From contig JANJGN010000014.1 of assembly GCA_026770705.1 (NCBI GenBank), positions 115,196,001-115,260,000 on the forward strand: a stretch of 64,000 nucleotides of DNA, read 5' to 3'. The position numbers and the translations under genes were made by a program. This DNA is from Isurus oxyrinchus. Its lineage: Eukaryota. Below, in pieces: positions 51,961-64,000 of this stretch. Positions within the stretch are counted from its first letter, which is position 1; each line of letters begins with the position of its first letter. The notes beneath the pieces are model-generated. The model did not search any database. It saw nothing but the letters and a program-made list of their open reading frames with translations, and was not told where the DNA came from.

Positions 51961-54423
51961 GAGGTGGCACAAACTAGATTTGGCATCTGGTGAGACTCCT
52001 TCTTCCCCCGCCTCCTACTCCCTCTTCCAGCTGCTTGTTCTGCTCTGTGTGACCTTTGCCCATTGTCCCAGTCATCCTGTATTCCAAAGGGAATACCTAG
52101 GAGTACACTCTTGTCTGGCAGTGACTGATTTATGCAGAAGCATCAAAATCAGCAAAAACTTCTTCAGCCATACCACTCCCTGTAGTCTTTTGCAACTCAA
52201 AACAATTCCAGAAAGCACCAAACGTTTGTAGAATCGCAGCAACAGTCAGAAGAAATAAACCAGCAATTAACTTGTGAGCAGTTGATGATCCCTTCAAATA
52301 GCACTACTGACAAGTGGTCCTTCCTACTGCTTAATGTATGTTAAGTGCTGAGCTCCAAAATTTCACTCTGGTGTCAAATCAGTGTTGCGTGCAAATTGCT
52401 ATCATGACCTTTCTTGATCTGCATACTTCCAGTGGACATTCACTGTATGCACACTAATGTCTGCACCAATATGTTGCCTGGCACAATTTATTCCGTAAGT
52501 GTTCAATGCAATATGGAGGCATTGTGGAGCACGAATGATGTTTGAAACACCCAAAACAATGAATGCTAATGTGTCCAATTCTTTGCACAAAGAGTTTAAT
52601 GTGCAAATTCACAACTTCAGTCCTTTCCTGTTTCCCTCATTTTCTTCAATTCCAAATCTCAATATTCCTGATATTTTCAGAGCAAGCAGTCATATTAAAC
52701 AAGCATCAAGACAACTCTCAGGTGGAAACTATAAATATTGCGCATTAGCAAGTCTTAGTTATTTGGAGCTCCTATGATGAAAGAGCCAGATATAACTTTC
52801 CAGTTACCATCTTACCATGCACGAATTGTACAGCAGTTAGACTGAGATACAGTGTTCCAGCCTCTCTCAGTCACTAGTACACCAAAGACCAACTCTACAA
52901 CAACTGGAGTAATATGAAACAATTTTGAGAAACTCTGGGTTTAAATGCAATTCAAAATGGCAGATAGTTATTGTTAAATAATGTTTTATATAGAGATATG
53001 AATTTCTTTGGACTTTTCCATCCAATCTTCAACTATCAGGTGATGTTAGTGAAGATTACAATGCTTTGGAGGCTGCTGGATGCTTCATGATATTTGCAAG
53101 ACTATAAAATTGCTCAAAATCTTCATTGTTTGGTTTCTTCATTGCTATTGCTAATGAATAAACACTATCTGGTTCTTCCGCTTCCTCGAATTGTGCTTTC
53201 TAATTTATTTGACAGAAAATGTGCACATACAATGGCATCCTGTAATCAGCACTTTCATTCTTCCAGTTAGAGAAGGGAAAAAAAGAGAGAACAAGCCTCA
53301 AATGACCATAAGCAGGTTCAGTCCCAGTAAGATGTTTATCACAGACTGGAGTCATACTACAGCCAATACAAACTCAAAGCAACGAGTGATTTGACACGCA
53401 GGTTCTATTGCCACTTTCATGCCAAGGTATGGCCAAAACCACCTCACATCAATGCAAAAGTAACAGTGTAACTACATTTGCGGAGGGTTGCTTCTGTCAT
53501 TTTATGGAGATCTTTTTGCTTAGAGAGAGCTGTGAACACTTGGATCTGACTGTGTGGTAAGAAAATAATAATTAAACTGTATACAGCTATTAACAGTTAG
53601 CGTAAAATAAATTTTAAAAGTGACAGTAGGAGGGAAAGGATAATAAAACCATGACATCAGTTTGAAAAAATAAATGGGAGAATCTATAGAAGAAAATTAG
53701 AACTGTAGAAAGTGTACAGCACAGTACACTGTGTGTATAATTAGAAGGACAGGTATTAATATGTTATTTCTATGTTGTGACTGAAACATGATTCTACCTC
53801 TTAGCACACTAAAAAGAGTTTTTAACGTGCAAATAAATAATTTCAAACTGGTTCATTTAACTCATTTCCTGTCAAGTTGTTTATTTATTTTTCAAACCTT
53901 TTATTAGATTGAGGTATGAATAAGGTAATTACTGAAAAATCTATGGGTTGAAAACAGCAACAGGAAACTATGAACTGTGCCCAAAGCGAGGCATCCATTT
54001 TATAGGATGATAAAGGACGTTACCAGCCTCAGTAAAAGAAAAAGTGAACTAATGCCCTCAATGGAAAATAAGAAAGGTTTATATGCTAAAATAAATAAGC
54101 AAGCCACACAACATTATTAAAATGATTAAATATTAATTATACCACTGTGTAGTTACAACGATTGACTGGAAATGTTGACTATTTTTCTTAAGTTTTTGCA
54201 GCAAGACAGTGACCATGTGCGGGAAGACACTTAACCTCCATCACATCACTCCTGGATGCACAGCCAGCCTCTCACCACCTGAGACAGATCACGACGCATG
54301 TTACACTCAGTCATGCACACCAAGCAATACACAAGTTCAGTGTAAAGCGACTTTAAAAGCTCATCGGGCACGTACTTTGCTTGTACAAAATACCTTATTC
54401 ATGACAGAGCAGCAAGTGCCTAG

Positions 54424-54555
54424 NNNNNNNNNNNNNNNNNNNNNNNNNNNNNNNNNNNNNNNNNNNNNNNNNNNNNNNNNNNNNNNNNNNNNNNNNNNNN
54501 NNNNNNNNNNNNNNNNNNNNNNNNNNNNNNNNNNNNNNNNNNNNNNNNNNNNNNN
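54424..54555. other. Assembly gap (132 N)
   Basis: Run of N. Confidence 0.99.
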
Positions 54556-55184
54556 TTAAAGTTTGATGAGTTGGCGGGCAGAACGCTTCCTAGCTGCTGC
54601 AGAAGAGCCGCTCATTTTGCCAAAGTTATTGAAGATGAAGGAGGCAGGAAGAGAGAGACAGTGACGGGAAAAAAGATAGAAAATAGGGAATGCTTGGGAT
54701 ACAGAACTGGAACAATGACACTGGTACCAGCATCTAGTTTACAAATGGTGCCAGACTGCCACTTATGAACTGCAATCTGACAGGGGCGATTTGATATCAT
54801 AGCTGTGTTTCAGTCTAATTTATTGCATATATAGGACACAACTCCCTGTGTACCTATTTCACAGTTTTTCAAATGAAATTACTTTCATACAGTATTTCCC
54901 AACATACCCCTTATATGAAAGTCAGAGAAAACATTATTAAAATTTATGCAAGGAGGTATTATTATGTTTGATCAACCCACAGATATGGCAATGTATTAAA
55001 TCCTCAATAGTCAGCAGTAGGTTTAAATGCATACCTTTATTTATTTTTTGCTTTGATCGAAGATTTTAACCCACAATCATTTCCCCCTCCCCTCCCTTCC
55101 AATTGGCATCAGGAAATAAAACTTTTGAGATAATAATTTATCATCTAGCAGCTATTAAATATATTCTTGAAACTGCTGGCCCCC

Positions 55185-55345
55185 AAAACACACACATTCA
55201 CAACCACCGCAACACATGCACGCACACGGAAACAAGTACACACACACAGACACAAAAACACAGAAACACATAAATGCAGAAGCACACACCAAAACACATA
55301 TATGCACAAACACACACACACAAAGGCACACATGAACACACACGA
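55185..55345. repeat. CA-rich degenerate microsatellite
   Basis: Directly visible. Confidence 0.9.
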
Positions 55346-55581
55346 AATCTAGAATTGAATTTTCTAACGAGTTGGGGCAGACTAACCTTTAATTGAAGCA
55401 CCTGCTAGCTGCCCAGACTCAGAAAATAAATGGCATGTAAATCAACATAGGGAATGAGTTGGCTGACACTGTATATAAAATCAGAGCTTTTTTATGTAGA
55501 ATCTTCATTTCATCCAGACTCCCTGCGCTTGTTCATCGATATATTATCATTTACAAAGAAGACAACTTCACCAAACAATAC

Positions 55582-55657
55582 CATGTTTGGCTGCTCTCAG
55601 CACTCTGAAGAATTGGAAAAATGACCCGAGCGCATTCTTCATGAAACAATATGACAT
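55582..55657 (-). CDS. Candidate alternative first coding exon (MSYCFMKNALGSFFQFFRVLRAAKH, phase 1; in-frame upstream ATG at 55861)
   Basis: acaATG context, amphipathic/basic peptide, moderate donor ATG|gtattg; downstream of the promoter-like island. Confidence 0.3.
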
Positions 55658-55779
55658 TGTGTTAAAAGAATATTTTTTGGAAGTCTGAGGTGCATCAAGA
55701 AAAAAAAAACTGCCTGGATGTTGCAGTGTGAAGCTTTTGAAAGGCAGCTTACAAAAGCTACTTTGCTTTCGCAGGAAGT

Positions 55780-57560
55780 GTAAATACTTTTCTTTAAGCG
55801 GATGGGAGTCTCCAAGCGAGAACGGGAGGCTGAAGAAATATCGCGAAAGATAATGGTTCATTCTGTTATGTGCAACAAAAGAGGAAAAGTAAAAAAAGTA
55901 AAGTCCACTGCATTATTCTTTGCTTTGGATGTGATAATATATGCCCTGAGCATTGCAAACCACTGGCCACATTGGATTTTCTGTGATACTTTTCTCTACC
56001 CCCCCCCCCCCCCCAAACCCCTTTCCACTCCAGGATTTAAACAAAGGGAAACAATTTTTACTCCTCAAACAAAGAATTCCCCTGAACGGACCCCCTGCCC
56101 AGCAGGTCACCTATCTTTGCGACAGTTTTCCTTTTCCCACGCTAACCCCGGGGCTCATTTGCATAAGGACTCTGTTGTGACAATTAGTTTCAGGTGAGCT
56201 GATTTCTATGAATCTGAGCTCAAGACATAGCAGCTACTGCAGGCCTCCCTGATGCCTTTCCTAATTGCGACTGACTGGCACCAGACACAATCGCCCTCTT
56301 GAATCAGCAAATTGTCGTCCCAAGTAACATGTTGCGACCTCGTATTGCACAAATCATATCACTGCGCTCAGCGAGGTAAACAAGGAATAGTGTGAATTCA
56401 AAGCCCAGCACAATAGCCAGCTGATCCTCCCCTTTCACCTCCTGACTGCTGCAAGTTTTTTTCTCTCTTTTTTTTGGGGGGGGGGGGGGGGGGGGGGGGT
56501 GGTGAAGCTGTTGTGTTTGGAGCCTGGGCATCTTTCTGTCACATTTCTGGAGCACTGTCAAGTTCCTGTGTGCAGCAATGTATAATTATCATGTATCCGT
56601 GAGGGAGTGTATAATTTCCACCATTGATGAAAGGGATCGAAGACCACTGAAGCTGCCTCTGTCTCAGTCCTACAATGAAGGCCCCCCCACCCCCACCAAC
56701 CCCTTTTGCTCCTTTTATTTTTTTCGTGTTGTTTTGTTCACCGCTTCCCCCCTCCCCCCTCACACACACACTTCCACAGCCCCACACCTTTTGGCAAGAC
56801 AGCTCAAACAGATGCCAGAGGTAACAGCGTTGGAACATAAGCGACAAGTCTTAAAGAGGAGTTATTCATCTGAACTATTTCCCCCCCCCCCCAAAAAAAA
56901 ATCATTATCAATGTGCAATTTTTAACCACACTCCGCAGTCCTCTTTCACCCCCTTTAAAAAAAAAAGGTGGAAGAGAAAATGATGTAATGTCTGCTTGGC
57001 TGTGTAAAGCTGATCTGGTCTGCCCTACAAGCCCTCTAAATCCCAGCCGAATCCACCTTTAATGAATGGGGCCAGATTGAGTCATCGCCATGCCTGCTGT
57101 TCATGGTTTTCGGGAGCACAGGTACCTACATCATTACATAGTGGGAACTCCCAACAATTTTGTTTTTTTCAAAAAAAAAATACAGGGACTCCCAGGGACA
57201 CATCAACTGTCGCAATTCCCCTAAGTTGCTTCACAAGCCTCAATAGCTAAAGAAAAAAAACTCTGGTCTTTTGATATTCCTTAACAGAACTCTGCTTCAG
57301 CTCCCAAGGTGTTCCGAACCTCAGAACTGCCAGAAAGCCCAGAAAGATTTTACTGGAATCACTGGTGTAAAATGTAAACCACGCGTGTAGACTTCAGAAA
57401 GGCACAAAAAAAAACTGTTTTGTTGATCATGAAAGAATACTTTCTTTATGGTGGCACAATAACTCTTGAAGCGAAAAGCCTGCTTGTGAAAAGGCTTAGT
57501 TCACCCTAAACAGTTAACACTTACCCCACGATTAAAAGAGGGAAAGGCTAAGGAACACCT
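55780..57560 (-). promoter_or_regulatory. Promoter-like / 5' exon island
   Basis: Repeat-free, elevated CpG, several poly-C/poly-G tracts (G24 at 56476-56499), octamer ATTTGCAT at 56157, minus-strand donor GGG|gtaagt at 57525. Confidence 0.45.
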
Positions 57561-58325
57561 CAAAACAGCTACTATCTGGAACTCTGCACCTAGGCAGACT
57601 TTGGTAAATTGGTATTAACTGGATCTCAGTTGAGGTACAGGCCCCTTCTTTGTGCAATGAACTCCAAAATCCGTAGAAGACACGCAAATGAGTTTGCATC
57701 CCAAAGGAACTCAGTTTTGTAACATGTAAAAGGTAATTGTATTTTGGCCTTTGAATCAGCCTCTTGAATTAGAGTGCATACAGATTCATTGAAATCTTTA
57801 GCAAATGTATGCAAAGCAATATTTCTTAATTTAAAATCTGTTAAGATATCAGCTGATAGTGTCTACAGATAGCATTCTGTTTCACTCTTTGCACTGTTCT
57901 TCTTCAGTTGCAGTCTTTCAAAGCATTAAGCATTATATTTTGTTGAAGTTGCTTCAAAACCCCTGAACTGATCTCCGTTAGGATTGGCTTTCTTTCAATT
58001 GTTGATGATTTCCAAGGTTTAATATTAAATCATCCATGTTGGCATCAATTTATGATCATAATTGGAATGTTGACTATTATTGCAACTGCTGGATAATAGT
58101 GTGTGTTGTTGTTGGAGTTGTGCGAGGTGGAGCCCTCAGTGGGATAATATTTCATGGTGGGGAGGAGGAACATAAGGAGGTGTAAAAGTAATCTGAGAAT
58201 AACGTGAGGCAAACATGTAGAAATACAGTAAAATAGTTTTTATCACTGTTATATTTTTCACCTCCCAAAAAGCTACTTCCGTTGTTGAGATGGTGAGAAT
58301 GAAACGTAACAGTAAGGATGGCTGT

Positions 58326-58468
58326 AATGGGGTAGGCAGTGCCCATGGTAGGGCAGGCAGTACCCATGGTGAAGCAGGCCTGACCTGTGTTGGTGATGGT
58401 AGTATCTATAATGGTATAGGCAGTGCCCATGGGACAGTAAACAGTGCCCATAGTGGAGCAGGCATGGT
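58326..58468. repeat. 21-bp minisatellite
   Basis: Units like ggtaggcagtgcccatggtag; gives MGTAxxx heptad repeats in a minus ORF. Confidence 0.8.
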
Positions 58469-59949
58469 TTCAAACATATGCTACCTTGCTGCAAGGAAGA
58501 TTGCCTTGAGTACAAATTATGTAAAAGTGGTCATGTAGGTAACAACATTTTCCAAACTGGAACAACTTAATCAATACATGGGTTTTCTGACATATTGACC
58601 TATTCTAAGAAAAGCTATCAGGTCTGACCTGCAGAAAAATGAGCTGTAGCTTTAATTTCAAATATCTGCAAAAATGGTTTGTCACATCTTTGTTATTTTT
58701 ACACTATTAACATTCAGACCAAGGCCCATCATTTACAAGGTATTTTTAAAGGGGCAGTAGGGCCACATTAAAAGGATCTTTCACACAGGCAGAGTTCCAA
58801 GAACACACAGAAACCTCACCCCAGCCAATTCTACTCAGTGAACTCCAACTGCACTGGAGTTGAACATTGTGGCAACTTTGGACTGTTGCAGACTGACATC
58901 CATTGTGATGTGTTCTCTTTCATTAGAAAGTCCAATCGATATCATAGCAAACAAAATGTAAGTTTGCAACACCAAACATAATCAAAAGTGCAATGGATGG
59001 CATAGCTGTCTTCTGTCGTGTATAAATATCGTTAACTTTCTTACTGCATGATAAACAACACTTGCATTGCCTCTTTCAGTGATATAGTAAAGTGACAAGA
59101 AGGGCTTTTTAAAATTGTATGCATCTTTAACTGATGATACTCGCTTTAATGTGCCATTATTTCCATGGCTCTTTTGTGCTATAGTTTTAGCATATTGGTC
59201 GGTGATAATAGTGATGCCACAATTGGCCTTGCCATCAGTGGTTGTAGAGAAGCAAACTGGCCAGATGTCCCAATTGTGATAGCTTGGATTCCCAGTTCCC
59301 TCTTCTACTGAAGGTGTCCACTCATTGTGTGCTTCATTTGCACCCACCATGTACATTACCTACACTTTGAGAGTTTTGACCCTGTGTGCCAGCAAGCTTT
59401 GTGTTCAAGAGATGGGGTTGTGGGGGGAATAAGGTGTGTGGAGAGGGAAGGAAAATCATAATTGAACCCCAAGCTTATCCTCATTTTATGCCCTCCATCA
59501 GAACGTTGTTGGCACCTTGTTTGCATTCTGTGATCTTCTGTTCTAATAACACTAAACAGAACTGGGCAGCCAATTTAAACAGACCCACATCATCAATTTG
59601 ATATATTCTACATACACAATGATCATTTTCTTCCACACACATGGTAAGAGTAGTGCAAGGGATCACAATATCAATCTGTGAGCACCATTTGATGTTGCCC
59701 AGACACTCCAGAATAGCCCTTCAACTTTAGAAAGATTGATTTTTTTTTACTTGCTCACCAATTTTAATCCACTGCCCTCCTCTTACTTTGAAACTCTCTC
59801 ATGGATGTTTGCATATTATACCTCAGACATGTTGCTATTATTCATGCATGACCCTTTGCATGATTGCCAATTTTGACTGCAGGTCTAGGGAGGGGTGGGG
59901 GAATCATCATAGTTAAGTCAGATATTATTCCCCCCCCCACCGCCAAACC

Positions 59950-60160
59950 TTGTCCACATGACATATTTCCAACAGGGATTTCTGGATAACTATCAGGACT
60001 TGGATCTCTAGGTAATTTCCTCCTTAACATGCAGTGATTAGGCTAATTGCAGCACCTCCTATTGTTACCCAGCTGAGATTAGCTAACTCAACACAGACCA
60101 GGATTCAAACTTGGGCCCCTCTGCTCCGAATATTTCATCTACACACTGGGTCATCAATGG
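59950..60160 (-). mobile_element. AmnSINE2-like SINE
   Basis: cagctgagattagctaactcaacacagaccaggattcaaac is the reverse-complement head. Confidence 0.75.
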
Positions 60161-60194
60161 TATCCCAAAATTGGTTTTGCAAATTCCACACATG

Positions 60195-60512
60195 GTTTTA
60201 GTCTTTCAGATCCAACGTTAAACCAAGGGCTCATCTACCCTCTGAGGTGGATGCAAAAGATCTTGTGGCATTATTTGAAGAAGAGGAGGGAAGTTCTTCA
60301 CTTGTCTTAGCCAACAGTTATCCCTCAACCAGCAACATTAAAAGAAACAGATTACCCAGCCATTTATCCTGCTGCTGTTTGTGGGATCTTGCTGTGCAGG
60401 AATTGGCAGGAATTACAACAAAGACCACATTTGAGAAAGTAAGTCCTTCTTTGAAGTATTTTGTATTTCCTGTGGTCAGGAAAGGTGCTTTATAAATACA
60501 ATAAGTTTCCTC
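60195..60512 (+). mobile_element. DeuSINE (SacSINE1-like)
   Basis: tctttcaga..acgttaaacc..ttatccctcaacc..gctgtttgtgggatcttgctgtgc..gaaaggtgctttataaat. Confidence 0.8.
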
Positions 60513-62329
60513 TTTTATGACCACAAATAAAAATGTAAAGCAACATCATCCAGGAATGTGCTACTCCAGGCTGTGATTCAGACTTGAATTCCAAATGACT
60601 TTTATAAACTATGTATGTTTCACTCTCATGAAGTGGCATCACTCTATACCTGTCAATTCAGTAACCCGTGTATCCAATATTCTGCACTGAGTGGCAGAGG
60701 AGTCTGCTTTTTGCTGTAAAGCTACTTAGACCAAAGCTAGCTAAGGTTTCTGAGTTGTAACTGCACCCTTAGTAATTTGATACCTAATGTAGTTTTAAAA
60801 ATTTAATCCAGGGTGCTTTCAGTTCATATTGAATTATCATTTCGTTTTCAACTGTAATGGTGCAATTAAACAAAATCTCAAGATGGGGAGTTAAGGGAAA
60901 GAGTTGGGTGTGGAGGGAGAGGGGACAACAATGGGGCACAATACCATATTGTGACACATAGAGGTATTGTGACAGGACACAGGCTTGACATCTGTTGTGA
61001 TTTCCAATGGGTTTACATACTTATCCCATCTCTGACTCCTGAAATAATTAATTTACACGGCAAAAGTCATTGAAAAGGACAAAAAAGATTTCTGACACAG
61101 CACATCTGCATATTGAGGCATGAAAATCCTCCAACATGTGACATTAATAAAGGTCATACTACTCAACACCACTGTGTGAACATTTATATGTTACATATAA
61201 TTAAGGATGTTGCTTTACCAAGAGGTTATGGAGGTCACAAGTACTGTGAATTTGTACCTGATCTCTGGTTCTTAACCCTTCTGCGTAAATTCTTTTTAAA
61301 TTACATTGTGTACAAAATTGACTCGAACAACTGGTTTGATGTTTTGTTTCAAACTCTGAAATGCAGTTGTTTTCTTGCCAAATTGTGTTACCAATTATTG
61401 TGAAAGAGCTAAACAGACTGTGAAATAAACTGACATTTGTAGGATAGTTTGTGCTATGTGTGTCTCTCCCCCTCCCCCAGTTACATGGTGCAACCAGAGA
61501 TAAGTCACAGCAAAAGCAACATAGATTTGCTTGTAAATAGGGTCTGTGACAGACCATGTATTTTGACATTTGGTACCATTACCGGACTACGATTTCAGTT
61601 AAAAAAAGACTGTAACAAAACAACATCCTCATTTATAATAAGACAGCCATGTGCAAGGTACAAGGCAGTTACATAATCGGCGGTTTGAGATCATCTCCTA
61701 TGTTTGTACAGTTTACATCAGATCTTTTAATTGTTTTAAACATAGACATTCTTCTTTGTTAATTCAAATAAAATTGCAGTGATTTATTTGTTAAAGAATA
61801 TATACAACTGTGGTAGTTATGAAAACAATAATCATGATGAATTCTTCCTTATGTTATGCAGCTTTTGATGCAGTATAAGCAAATATTCATTTACCAACGT
61901 GCTTTGATGGAAGTAAAAACTAATAAGTAACTGGGCACTATTTCTTTTCACTGATAGAGGAAGCACAGGTGTGGCTTTTACCTCTTTACTTATTCAGCAG
62001 GGCTGGCGCCTCTGTCCAGCTTGTTTGTGCCTTGCGGGAGGCAGGAGAGCTTGCTGGTAGCTCAGGGAGACCATTTTCCCCACAGCTAGTTCAACTCACT
62101 GAATGCTTTAACATAAGCAAGTTAAGGTTATCAATGTAATGACTATCACAGAAGGCTATTACAAGGAATATTTTTAGGATGAGATAATTCACCACATTTT
62201 ATCATTAAGCAGCTCCGTTGCAGACTTCCTCAGAGACTTCAAACCAGGTGTAACAGCAACGCACCTCTCAGCTGGATAGCCCGGGCTTCACAGATTGAAA
62301 CAGCACTGTTCAAATCATAGGGACATTAC

Positions 62330-62900
62330 ATTTAAGATGCAGTGTTAATCCCATGTTCGCAACTTGCAGGAGCATGTCAGCGAGGTTTCACCTCACTAAA
62401 ATTCCAATTTCTATTCAATCTTGCAAAATTAACACGAAACGGCGCATCAGCAGAAACCTCCCCCACTTTACTTCATTTATAAATTGCAAGAATGATGCCA
62501 TTATATATTATTAATTTCTGCTGTTCGCCACTGCAGTGATAGCACCGAGCCGCGGATGTTCGAGCTTTGTAATTAGGTTCTAGTAGGGCAGCCATCCGTC
62601 CCTTTTCAAAAATTTACAGGATTCTTAATCACACTGCTCATTTGACTGTGCAGTAGCAAGTACAGTGAAACACAAACAGGCCACGTTCGTTTACACAGGA
62701 ACACCTGCTTAGCCTGATAGCAGATGTCACCGTGAAGAGAGAGAGAAAAAAAGGAAAAGAGAGATCAGCCACGTGACAGACAAATAACATGCTTTTTAAA
62801 TTTTCCTTTACTTTTGCTCGCAAAGCATATATTAACTTTGCGCAACCCTTCCTTGATCATTTTTTTTTAAAGTTTGGCTGTGCAACATCTCTGCCCACAT
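62330..62900. promoter_or_regulatory. Candidate conserved non-coding/regulatory element
   Basis: Unique sequence with many retained CpGs, E-box CACGTG at 62770, forkhead-like gtttaca, TAATTA site. Confidence 0.35.
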
Positions 62901-64000
62901 ATTAAAATTTTACATGCCTCCTCCAGATTGCTTGCTTGTGATATAGAGATTTCTTTGACATTACGTTTATTCAGTTCTTGCTAAGAACCTGTAGCTCTGG
63001 AGGATAAAGTAAAAGTGTTTGACTTCCATAACAACGCTGTTGAAGTAAAGGTGGGGCGTTGGGGGAGGGGGGTGGTGGAGGGAGCAGTGTGGTGGATAAG
63101 CTTCTTTTTGTTGTAGTGTTTAGTGGTATTAAATGTGTTTGTGAAGACTTCCTTTATTTGATGCTTCTTGAAAAAAATAATCAAATGCATTGATTTAGAA
63201 TGCGTGCTTATGATTTCAATAGTCACCCAGAGCTAATGACGAGAGCTATTCGTCCCTCCAGATTTGTGCATATTTGGAAAGTAGCAAGGATACAATTGTT
63301 GTTGAATCTTCCAGGTGTGCCTGAATATCCAAAAAAATTGTTTCTTTCCATGTTAAGGATAGCTTTCTTCGGTGCTGTGTTCAACATGATATCAAGTTGT
63401 CAATGAAATATGTTCCCTCTGTCCTCCTTAAATAAAGGTAAGTCTAAGAGGTAAAACCCAGAAGTTAGAAATTATTGATAAAATGAATCAACCACAGGGT
63501 TGGGCATTTTTATTCAAGAAAGATTCACCTATTACATGAGAGGAAGATTAAAGGACTGTTTTATAACATGGTGGAATGTTTTTTAAAGGAGAATTGCCAG
63601 AAGAAATTCATAATTTTTCAGGCCGACGCTCTGGTGCAGGAATGGGTAGGATGTGTACAAAATGGTGATGGTAGAAAGATCAGTAATTCTGAACAGAGTC
63701 AGAGTTACGCTGCATCTTAAGAGGTTTCAAAAGGCAAGATGTTCTGAAAAGTATGGCAATTCACATGCCTCTAACCATTTTTGATCTCTACAAATTGGCC
63801 TGCATGTACGCATAGAAAAGTCTAGCTTGCAAGACAGAAAATCCGCACAGCATGGGTCCTTCAGAAAGTCATGATATATCAGTTGCCAGAACACTATACT
63901 GCTGAATGCAATGAGAATTATTTTCTCAGAATATTAAAGTTTATTTGAACAAGTAAAGGGCTTCACCATTTTTGAAGTTTATTAAGTGGAATTGTCAGGT

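Larger units (their letters stand above)
49612..52588 (+). mobile_element. Decayed non-autonomous PIF/Harbinger DNA transposon
   Basis: Termini ggggttaaattggaca / tgtccaattctttgcac with aaa on both flanks; carries a Myb/SANT-like gene; no DDE transposase core recognisable. Confidence 0.75.

Noticed and set aside
55802-56197. 131-aa plus-strand ORF ending near CAG|gtgagc
   Set aside because: Runs through a poly-C tract, has non-protein-like composition and weak start context; a divergent transcript cannot be excluded.

Overview
Vertebrate genomic DNA, most likely from a cartilaginous fish (shark-type repeat families; the taxon is inferred only). The window is essentially non-coding. No ORF in the supplied track looks like an intact host protein, and the only clearly protein-like segments are decayed transposon ORFs (CR1 reverse transcriptase, L2/CR1 C-termini, a Harbinger Myb/SANT gene). 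It contains many CR1/L2 LINE fragments, two abundant tRNA-derived SINE families, Harbinger-type MITEs with 14-bp TIRs and 3-bp TSDs, a ~3 kb Harbinger element carrying a nested hAT MITE, a probable solo LTR, Penelope-like terminal remnants with minimal hammerhead-ribozyme motifs, microsatellites and three N gaps. Repeat-free, CpG-retaining islands (~13.2-14.3k, ~17k, ~45.6-46.5k, ~55.5-57.6k, ~62.3-62.9k) contain minus-strand ATG-to-splice-donor segments. These suggest the 5' intronic region of a large minus-strand gene with several alternative first exons, but I could not identify the gene. I found no system I can claim is new. The most interesting leads are the hammerhead-bearing Penelope remnants and the candidate first-exon array.
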